Positions 1 to 7,634 of a stretch of 64,000 nucleotides of DNA are shown here, piece after piece. Under the pieces are notes generated by a model that saw only the letters and a list, made by a program, of their open reading frames with translations, made no database searches and was not told the origin of the DNA. Location of the stretch: assembly GCA_963662465.1 (NCBI GenBank), contig OY759599.1:2400001-2464000 (forward strand), read 5' to 3'. Made by a program: the position numbers and the translations under genes. This stretch comes from Desulfatiglandales bacterium (GTDB lineage Bacteria; Desulfobacterota; DSM-4660; Desulfatiglandales; Desulfatiglandaceae). Numbering within the stretch: position 1 is the stretch's first letter; each line of letters opens with the position of its first letter.

Positions 1-762
1 GGGAGAAATGATCTTCATGTAGTCTTTCACCTTGACCAAGGTCTCTTTGTCGTCAACGAGTACCTCGGCAATTTCGCTGGTAAAATAGTCCCTCAACGTC
101 CTCAGGCAGACATCCTGTTCCTTGTGAACCAGGGTTAAAGGCGATGCTTCCTGAACAGTCTTCTTGATATTTTTCCACATTCTGAGCAACCGGTTGAGAT
201 CCCTGGAAATCTCTCGCTTGTTCTGCTTCAGGGCCGCAGTCCTCACAATATACCCGACGCCTTCGGGAAGGTTGAACTGGGCCATAATGGACTTCAGGCG
301 CTTCCGTTCCGCTTCTTCTTCAATTTTCTTTGAAATCCCGCCTTTGCTGCCGGGCATCAACACGAGATGCCGACTGGCCAAAGAAAGATAGGTGGTTAAC
401 TGAGCGCCCTTGTGTCCCTGCATCTCCTTGGTCACCTGGACCAGAAGTTCCTGTCCTTTTTTCAGGATTTTTTCAATCCGGGGCGTGGTTATTTCTTTTT
501 TAGGGTCGTCATCCGTCACATAATATTCCGGATGAATATCCGTACCGGACAAAAAACCGTTCTTGTCGCTTCCAAAATTAACAAAGCACGCCTGCAGGCT
601 GGGTTCGATTCGCTCCACAATGCCTTTATAAATATTTCCGGTCTTCTGTTCCGTCGCGGTGGTTTCGATGTAAAACCCATCCAGCCGTCCCTCTTTGATC
701 ACCGCGATCCGGAATTCCTCCGGTTCAACGGCATTGATCAGCATCTTTGACGCGAGTCCCAT
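1..762 (-). CDS. rne: Rne/Rng family ribonuclease (RNase E/G), N-terminal part; runs off the left window edge
   Basis: Manual minus-strand translation from ATG 762 (RBS AAGGAGA at 769-775) gives MGLASKMLINAVEPEEFRIAVIKEGRLDGFYIET..., the typical RNase E/G N-terminus followed by an S1 domain. It is absent from the ORF track because no stop lies in the window. rne vs rng cannot be resolved. Confidence 0.88.
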   Translation of the reverse strand, partial: MGLASKMLINAVEPEEFRIAVIKEGRLDGFYIETTATEQKTGNIYKGIVERIEPSLQACFVNFGSDKNGFLSGTDIHPEYYVTDDDPKKEITTPRIEKILKKGQELLVQVTKEMQGHKGAQLTTYLSLASRHLVLMPGSKGGISKKIEEEAERKRLKSIMAQFNLPEGVGYIVRTAALKQNKREISRDLNRLLRMWKNIKKTVQEASPLTLVHKEQDVCLRTLRDYFTSEIAEVLVDDKETLVKVKDYMKIISP

Positions 763-900
763 CGATCTTCTCCTTGCATTCGTTTTTTCATGTCCTGTTT
801 TCCCCAGAGCAGCGCCGACCCTTTGACCGTCGGATTTTCGGGACGCCGCTATTTTTATTGTTGGTCTTGCGTCATGTGACTTTCGAAATCCAAATCTCAT

Positions 901-2256
901 TTAGTAAACATGCCTTCCATAGCGTTTGCAATGCTGATCAGCCTGGTACATAAAAGTTCGAACAGCGGCTTCTCGACCCGGTTGGGAGCTTGAATCATAA
1001 GGGGTATCCAAATAGGGCACCCTGAGCTTGTTCATCAGGGGCCGCATAATGGCGGATGTAGTAATGCTCGGCATACAGGTAAACGGGTATACATTCACCA
1101 GGCCGTTATATCCTTCCCGAACATATTCCATCATGCCCGCGATGCTCAAACAGGCTTCCGTCCCCAGATCAAAACTATATAAATCCTGTTCCCGGAGTAC
1201 ATCTTCCAAATGGCTGATCTTGTGATCCTTTGCCAGATCGATCAGGCCCGACGCCCTTTTATAGACCTGTCGCTGTCGGTATTCCTGGTAAAAAAGATCC
1301 CCCCCGTACTGGACAAGGTCTTTCAAATGCGCTTTCATCCGGTCGAAGCTGAATTGTTTCAGGCTGAAACGTAAGCCCGTCTTGGCGGATCTGTAGCGAT
1401 CATAACTGGTGTAGTTGACCCATTCCGCCATTGAGGCATTGACCACTTCCGCCCCATGTTTTTCCAGCATACGAATCAAGTCCTGGTTGGCTTTCACATG
1501 GGTGCGCAAATAGATTTCCCCCACCATGCCAATCAACGGTTTGGGGGGAATATTCGGATCGATGACCGCCTTTACCTCTTCTATAACCGCTTCCAGACGC
1601 GCCAGTATCAAGTCGAATTGCAGCCCTTGACCGAAACGTTCAAAGGCATTTACCATGAACTCAAGGCATTTGTCAGTCACCAGATCCGCCAGGCCTTCTT
1701 CTCTCTCATAGGGTCTGACCCGCCACAGCAATCGGTCCAGGACATCTCCCACAACCAGGGCCACATATGACGATTTCCTGAGATCAGTCACCCGATCCTC
1801 ATCAATAATCCCGGAGAGGGAATACCCATCCGCCGTGGTCAGAGCGCCGATCCTGAGCCCGCTCAACTCGGGAAAAGAATCCAGAACAATCCGCTGGTAC
1901 TTATTATACATGCCGAAGCGACAGGGGCCATCTGCTTCCGGCATAAAATAGACATAGGCATCGGGGTTGAATGCTTCCCCCAGACGGGCTGATTCCTGTT
2001 TCATAAAATGGAGGATATCCCCCATGGTAATCTGACAGGGAAAACATTCCTTTCCCGAGGTATACGCCTGTCCCAGATCCATCCCCAGAAAGGTCTCCAG
2101 TACCCTTGCCTGAATACCGAATCCCCTGAAATTGGCCGCCAGAAGGTGGGTTCCCGACCGATTCATCTCCGGAATCAGACAGGTTCGTTCCTGGAACCTA
2201 AAACGGCCTACTTTTTCGCTAAAGGATTTAAAATTAATGACGTTGTGAGATTCCAT
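901..2256 (-). CDS. CoA-activase-associated protein (C-terminal partner of the upstream activase; 2-hydroxyacyl-CoA dehydratase activator cluster type)
   Basis: Motifs GKECFPC, GPCRFGMY, VGEIYLR and PFTCMP. Start moved to ATG 2256, immediately after the upstream stop. Confidence 0.75.
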   Translation of the reverse strand: MESHNVINFKSFSEKVGRFRFQERTCLIPEMNRSGTHLLAANFRGFGIQARVLETFLGMDLGQAYTSGKECFPCQITMGDILHFMKQESARLGEAFNPDAYVYFMPEADGPCRFGMYNKYQRIVLDSFPELSGLRIGALTTADGYSLSGIIDEDRVTDLRKSSYVALVVGDVLDRLLWRVRPYEREEGLADLVTDKCLEFMVNAFERFGQGLQFDLILARLEAVIEEVKAVIDPNIPPKPLIGMVGEIYLRTHVKANQDLIRMLEKHGAEVVNASMAEWVNYTSYDRYRSAKTGLRFSLKQFSFDRMKAHLKDLVQYGGDLFYQEYRQRQVYKRASGLIDLAKDHKISHLEDVLREQDLYSFDLGTEACLSIAGMMEYVREGYNGLVNVYPFTCMPSITTSAIMRPLMNKLRVPYLDTPYDSSSQPGREAAVRTFMYQADQHCKRYGRHVY

Positions 2257-2257
2257 T

Positions 2258-5200
2258 CTAGTTAGCCAGCTTTCGTGGTGTTTCGGCTTCCAATAGTTGT
2301 TTTTGAATACTGTTGTCAATCACGTTTTTATAGGCTTCAATCCGTGTCATAACGCCTGCAACGGCGCTGTGCTCGTCCAGTTCCAGGATCATATAGGCTT
2401 TATCCCCCATAATATAACGGTAAAAATGTTCCAGGAATGAATCCGCACCGCATCCGAAATTGGTCAGGTGCAACCCATAGTAGGTCGGATTGGCAGCGAT
2501 GACCTTGGCCGTCCGCAGAACTTTTGCGCCCAATCCCCAGTACATGGAGGGGAAATCAGACAGGTCCACGGAAGACACATCGATAAAATCCATGGGCACG
2601 GCTTTTACGCCGATTTTTGCCAGATTTTGCCCCAGCCTGAGATTAAGACGCTCATCGTAGAGGTTGTAAGGCCTGCCGGTCACAACGACCAGAGGCTCGT
2701 CGGCCGGTTGTGATTGTAAGATCTCGGCCCCTTTTTCAAAAAGCGCCATGTAAAATTGCTGCTGTCTTCCCAGAGCAAAATAGAGGGCATCCCTGATCTG
2801 ACGCTTGGATACCGTCAGTTTTGGCCGCAACTGGGCCGCCAGTTCCAAACAGAGGGTTTCCACATCATACTTGAGATGGACCACGGGGTTTAGAACGGTG
2901 GTCATGTCAAGATCCAGCGCCATGCGAACCATGTATGAATTTGCCTGGACCATGGGACAGAAATACCCTTTTTCCCCGGGATGGGGCGTGGGCATATCAA
3001 TGATGCTCGGGAGAAAGAGAAACGCTGTTTTCCCCACCAGTTCCTTGACGTGACCATGACTTACCTTGACCGGATAGCATGTTTCAGCCGAAATAGCCTC
3101 GATTCCCGTCTTCGAAATATGGGGATTGGTCGGCGGCGTCAAAACAAGTCTGCACCCCAATCTGTCAAAGAAATGCGCCCACAAAACAGCATCCTGGTAA
3201 CCATACAGGGCCCGCTGCATCCCCACAGTAGGCCGGTTATCCACCTGCATAAGCGGTTTGTCCGGCAGGGTCTCGTAAACCCCCGCCATATAGGCTTCCC
3301 ATATCTCCTGCCGCAACGTGAAAAAGTTCTCCGCCTTTACACTACGGCTCCGGGTCAATTCATACCGGCCGCATTCTCCACCCCAAACGCTTTTACGGCC
3401 GTCAAAATCATAAATTTTCAGTTTGCACTGATTGTGGCACTGTGGATCTGCATGGCAGGTTTTCTCCGTGTATTCCATACGGTCTGAAATGGCACTCTTC
3501 AATCCCCTGAAGCCGGATTTTTTTTGATTTAGAAGACGCATGCGTTCGTGAACGCTGATGGCGGCGCCATAGGCCCCCAGCACCTCCCGGTGTCTGGGCA
3601 CGATCAGGGGGCGACCCAGCACGTTTTCAAATGCGGCCACCACACCTTTGTTCAGGGACGGCCCCCCCAGAAACATGACCCGCTGTCCGACCTTCCTTTT
3701 TCCAACCACCCGGTTCAGGTAGTTGTGGACAATGGCGTAACACAATCCGGCAATCAGGTCATTGGTGGGAACCCCTTTCTGATGGTAACTCACCAGATCC
3801 GATTCCATGAACACCGTACACCTTTCCGCCAGTTTCACCGGCGCTTCCGACGACAGGGCGATATCCTGAAATTCATCAATAATGCTAATGCCGTATTTAT
3901 TGGCCAGTTCATGGAGAAAACTGCCGGTACCCGCTGCACAGACCTTGTTCATATCGAAATCAAGGGGATAGGTATTGGCGATGGAAACATATTTGGAATC
4001 TTGCCCGCCGATCTCAAACAGAGTATCCACAAGCGGGTCTATTTCAACGGCCCCTCTGGCATGAGCGGTTATTTCATCAATCATCAGATCTACATTCAGG
4101 AAATCACCCACCACGGTACGGCCGCTTCCGGTGGTGGCAGCACCGATGATTTCCATTCTTTCGCCCATTCTATCCAATAATCCCCTGAAAAGGTCCTGGG
4201 TCACTTCAATGGGTTTTCCCTTGGTGGGTACATAGTTTTTGCCGATAATCTCATGGGCCTCGTTGATGAGCGCGTATTTGGTGGTCGTACTTCCGATATC
4301 AAGGCCCAGAAAAACCTTTAAAGGCGATTTGCTCCGTAAGGGCGAATAAGTCGTCCCAATTTCATTGGTCTTTGGGAAAACCGTTTTTTGAAGCACCAGC
4401 CTACTCGCCACCGGCACTTCGCCCTTTTGCTCTGATGCCAACCTTTCGAGCAGAGACAAATCCAACCGGCCCGCCCCATTTACGAACCCCTTTTCACGTT
4501 CCGCTTCCAGCGCCGAAAGGGCCACGCCCAGCGCCCCAATGGATGTATTGCAGGCAGGAACCTCAAGCGATGGAACATATTCCTTTAGGGCCTTGACCTG
4601 AAGCGTATTTAAAGAAAGCCCTCCCACAAAAATTACCGGCGCTTCCAGGGAACGGTTGGAAACGATGGTACTCATGTAATTGCGTGCGTTCCCCACATGC
4701 AGACCGTAAATAATATCCGCCAGTTTTTCACCGCGGTTTTGCAGATGGATCATATCCGACTTGGTAAATACGGTGCAACGACAAGCCACGTTGGCAGGTT
4801 TATTGCTTTTTTTCCCCAGCTCAATAAAATCTTTCAGGATGCGGTCCACCTGGTCCTGGGATATTTCCGTTTCCCGGGAGTAAATGGAGGTGGCCAACCG
4901 CTGGGCCTGCTGATCGATAAACGAACCGGTGCCGGAGGCGCAGGGGCCATTGGTATTGAAATAGGCCAGCTCCCACGAAGCATACCCCTCCTGCTCCGAG
5001 TGGTTAATCTGAAAAAGGCCCGTCTCCTGGCCGCCCATACTGATGATGGTTCGCACGTCGGGTTTGACAAACACGGCGCCAAGCACCTGGCTGATGGTCT
5101 CAAATTCATATGGGGTATTCAGCCGCTCGCTCAGTTTCTTGCCATGATTCCCGGTAAATGAGATTGATCGAATTTTATTTTCACCAAATCGATCATAAAG

Positions 5201-5350
5201 GTCCTCAATCAGACGAAGAACCAAGCGATCCACTTTGCCAAGATGCCGCTGGTAAGGCGCCTCATAGACAATCTCTCGATTTTCGTTGATCACGATGCCG
5301 TTCAAACTGACGGAACCCACATCAATCCCTGCATAGAAGTTTTTGTCCAC
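2258..5350 (-). CDS. Acyl-CoA dehydratase activase-like protein: two BadF/BadG/BcrA/BcrD ASKHA ATPase domains plus a DUF2229-like region
   Basis: GIDVGSVS and GLDIGSTT phosphate loops, CASGTGSF and CAAGTGSF Fe-S Cys motifs, two RCTVF motifs, ETCYPVK and NFGCGADSF. Probable GTG start at 5350 after AAGAGGGG. Confidence 0.85.
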   Translation of the reverse strand: MDKNFYAGIDVGSVSLNGIVINENREIVYEAPYQRHLGKVDRLVLRLIEDLYDRFGENKIRSISFTGNHGKKLSERLNTPYEFETISQVLGAVFVKPDVRTIISMGGQETGLFQINHSEQEGYASWELAYFNTNGPCASGTGSFIDQQAQRLATSIYSRETEISQDQVDRILKDFIELGKKSNKPANVACRCTVFTKSDMIHLQNRGEKLADIIYGLHVGNARNYMSTIVSNRSLEAPVIFVGGLSLNTLQVKALKEYVPSLEVPACNTSIGALGVALSALEAEREKGFVNGAGRLDLSLLERLASEQKGEVPVASRLVLQKTVFPKTNEIGTTYSPLRSKSPLKVFLGLDIGSTTTKYALINEAHEIIGKNYVPTKGKPIEVTQDLFRGLLDRMGERMEIIGAATTGSGRTVVGDFLNVDLMIDEITAHARGAVEIDPLVDTLFEIGGQDSKYVSIANTYPLDFDMNKVCAAGTGSFLHELANKYGISIIDEFQDIALSSEAPVKLAERCTVFMESDLVSYHQKGVPTNDLIAGLCYAIVHNYLNRVVGKRKVGQRVMFLGGPSLNKGVVAAFENVLGRPLIVPRHREVLGAYGAAISVHERMRLLNQKKSGFRGLKSAISDRMEYTEKTCHADPQCHNQCKLKIYDFDGRKSVWGGECGRYELTRSRSVKAENFFTLRQEIWEAYMAGVYETLPDKPLMQVDNRPTVGMQRALYGYQDAVLWAHFFDRLGCRLVLTPPTNPHISKTGIEAISAETCYPVKVSHGHVKELVGKTAFLFLPSIIDMPTPHPGEKGYFCPMVQANSYMVRMALDLDMTTVLNPVVHLKYDVETLCLELAAQLRPKLTVSKRQIRDALYFALGRQQQFYMALFEKGAEILQSQPADEPLVVVTGRPYNLYDERLNLRLGQNLAKIGVKAVPMDFIDVSSVDLSDFPSMYWGLGAKVLRTAKVIAANPTYYGLHLTNFGCGADSFLEHFYRYIMGDKAYMILELDEHSAVAGVMTRIEAYKNVIDNSIQKQLLEAETPRKLAN

Positions 5351-5440
5351 GTCCCCTCTTTTTCCAAACCTATTCAAAAGACACTGCTGTTCCGATCGAC
5401 TACTTTGTATAATTCTTGATGGCGTTTATAGCGCCTGACA

Positions 5441-5629
5441 TTAAAAATCAAAGACCTCATCCTGTGTCAGGAATCTAACTCTCCCGAGTTCAAGATCTTT
5501 TTTCCGTTCCAGCAATTCTTTTTCTTCTTCTGTAAGCAGGAGATACAAAGTTTCAATCTCCTGTGTATTCATAGACTGAATAATTTCTGCTACATTGCCA
5601 ACGGATATGTCAACTGTCATCTGCGGCAT
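5441..5629 (-). CDS. Small acidic hypothetical protein, antitoxin-like (62 aa)
   Basis: RBS GAGG upstream of ATG. The C-terminus GRVRFLTQDEVF resembles antitoxins paired with RelE/ParE toxins. Lies in the AT-rich islet. Confidence 0.55.
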   Translation of the reverse strand: MPQMTVDISVGNVAEIIQSMNTQEIETLYLLLTEEEKELLERKKDLELGRVRFLTQDEVFDF

Positions 5630-5640
5630 AACAACCTCTA

Positions 5641-5958
5641 TTAAATAATACTGGTATCAATTCTCTGTCCATGCTTCAAAATTTCATATACAATCGGATT
5701 TGTCATATTAAAGTCCTTTTCTCTAAAAGGGTGTGGCTCAATTCTGCTGTCAATTTTACGTCTCAACCTCATTAGCTCCAATTGTACATCCATTGGATTC
5801 TCAAATTCCTTGAGAATAACAGCGATGTCTATATCACTTTCCTCGTGATTTGTACCCTTTGCATATGAGCCAAAAAGAAAAACCTGTTTACAAGCACAAT
5901 TCAGCTTTATTAATGAAGCATATTCACGAGCAATATTTAAAGCATCTCTTCGATCCAT
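5641..5958 (-). CDS. Minimal nucleotidyltransferase (MNT) domain protein, putative antitoxin
   Basis: GS-X10-DXD motif (GSYAKGTNHEESDID); 105 aa; overlaps the HEPN gene stop. Confidence 0.9.
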   Translation of the reverse strand: MDRRDALNIAREYASLIKLNCACKQVFLFGSYAKGTNHEESDIDIAVILKEFENPMDVQLELMRLRRKIDSRIEPHPFREKDFNMTNPIVYEILKHGQRIDTSII

Positions 5959-6347
5959 TTACGTAATTCCTTAATTTTGACAATCCACGATTCGGCATAT
6001 TCGCGAGTACATAGATTGTAAAATTCTCTTTTGTAATCATCGTACCGAGCATTTATATTGAAAGAGGTGATCGTATCAAGGCGGTCAGAATACTCATTCG
6101 TCAATTTAATTTCACATAATTCTGCCAATCTGTATAGATTGTGAATGGTGGGTGCATGTTTTTTATGTAATTTAACATAAAGGGCTTTGAGCAATTTTTC
6201 TACAGAAATATGTCCGACAAACAAAGTCCAATTATACGATTTTGATTTAAACAATTCATTCATTGTTCTAAAATCATCATTTGATGTCTCAATCCAATGA
6301 TTCTTTATTTCTTCAATATCCAAATCATTCGTTCTTTGATCTGCCAA
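5937..6347 (-). CDS. HEPN domain protein, partner of the MNT
   Basis: Y.W.LF.GH...EKLLKAL, HNLYRLA and NINARY pattern of MNT-linked HEPN proteins; TTG start. Confidence 0.85.
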   Translation of the reverse strand: MADQRTNDLDIEEIKNHWIETSNDDFRTMNELFKSKSYNWTLFVGHISVEKLLKALYVKLHKKHAPTIHNLYRLAELCEIKLTNEYSDRLDTITSFNINARYDDYKREFYNLCTREYAESWIVKIKELRKWIEEML

Positions 6348-6602
6348 TTGAGATTTCCCTTTTTTTTATTTGTTTAACCTACATCATGGTACTGGTGCAA
6401 AAAAGTGGTATAAGCGCAAAATTAAGGGGGTCATTTTTGCGTTAAGGTTTTTCGATATCAAGATCTTTGCAAATCTTCCGTACCATAAAGTCTTTTATTT
6501 CATTCTTTGAATGGTAAGCGAAAAAACCTTTTTCAAAACTTAATTGTATGCCTGGGGGCAAATCACCAACAGGCAATCGCCCAAGTCCCCTCTTTTCCGG
6601 CT

Positions 6603-7529
6603 TCAATCTAAGTCACTACTCACATAAAAAATCTCTCCCGAGTGGTCCTGCCTGCGAAGGTATCCCTTGAGGAGCAATCCTTTAACCATGCTCTCCACCT
6701 CATCCAGGGAAATCCCCAGGGAATTGGCCATATCTTTGGGCCGAAGGGGCCTTCTTTTGACCATCTCCAGCAGTCCCTCCCCTTTCGGATCGCGCGCCAA
6801 GGCGCCTTTTGCAGTCTCAATATCCACCACAATTTCCGCACGTTCTCCCAGAAAAAGTTTTATCTCTTCCAGTCTCTTCCCGTCAAGGGCTTTGGCGCAT
6901 GCATCCGCCGGCGGCCTCACCACGGTGTTCAGCTGAATTTTTTCCGGTTGAATCTTTTGAATTAATGGCCGCAGTGCCCCCACCTCTTCTTCCGTATCGT
7001 TGATCCCGGCCAGCAGAATGACTTCCAGATAGATCAATCCGCCAAATTCCCTTCTCAACTGCACAAGCCCCGCCACAATACGGTCCAGTGTCAGATCCCG
7101 GTGGGGACGATGAATGGTTTGAAAAGTGTGGGCGAAGGCGCTGGACAGGGTAGGCATAATCAGGTCCGCCGCCAAAACACGCTTGCGAACGGCTTCATCC
7201 CAGAAAAGGGACCCGTTGGTGAGAATGACGACCTTTGTATCGGTGATGTCCCGAATGCCTGAAATGATACGGTCGATTTCAGCATGAAGCGTCGGTTCTC
7301 CTGATCCCGCCAGGGTGATGACATCCGGCGTGCATCCCTTAAGCCTTTCCTCAAGCTGTGACAATATTTCGTCCACGGGCGCGAACGGACCGGGGGTGAT
7401 GGTTTTGCACGTGGTCCTGCCCACCTCGCAATAGAGACAATCAAAGGTACAGGTTTTGTGGGGAATTAAATCCACTCCAAGAGACAGGCCCAGCCGCCGC
7501 GACGGGACCGGACCGAAAATATATGACAT
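6603..7529 (-). CDS. Radical SAM protein (COG0731-like) with a C-terminal HTH-like extension
   Basis: FGPVPSRRLGLSLG N-terminus, CTFDCLYC (CxxxCxxC), GSGEPTL and LTNGS. Confidence 0.9.
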   Translation of the reverse strand: MSYIFGPVPSRRLGLSLGVDLIPHKTCTFDCLYCEVGRTTCKTITPGPFAPVDEILSQLEERLKGCTPDVITLAGSGEPTLHAEIDRIISGIRDITDTKVVILTNGSLFWDEAVRKRVLAADLIMPTLSSAFAHTFQTIHRPHRDLTLDRIVAGLVQLRREFGGLIYLEVILLAGINDTEEEVGALRPLIQKIQPEKIQLNTVVRPPADACAKALDGKRLEEIKLFLGERAEIVVDIETAKGALARDPKGEGLLEMVKRRPLRPKDMANSLGISLDEVESMVKGLLLKGYLRRQDHSGEIFYVSSDLD

Positions 7530-7553
7530 GATTAATATCCTTGTTTAATTAAT

Positions 7554-7632
7554 GTTTTAAGTTTTACGTTTTACGTTTTACGTTTTAAGAACATGGCGCC
7601 ATCAAAACAACTTAAAACTTAACACTTAAAAC
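7554..7632. repeat. Inverted pair of tandem 7-bp repeat tracts: 5 x GTTTTA(A/C), then 3 x TTAA(A/C)AC
   Basis: Read directly. Left tract 7554-7588, central palindrome ATGGCGCCAT 7593-7602, right tract 7612-7632 complementary to the left. Confidence 0.85.
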
Positions 7633-7634
7633 GC

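Noticed and set aside
7554..7632. CRISPR array
   Set aside because: The units are 7 bp with no spacers and there are no cas genes. The MORN and LRR-like repeats elsewhere are coding.
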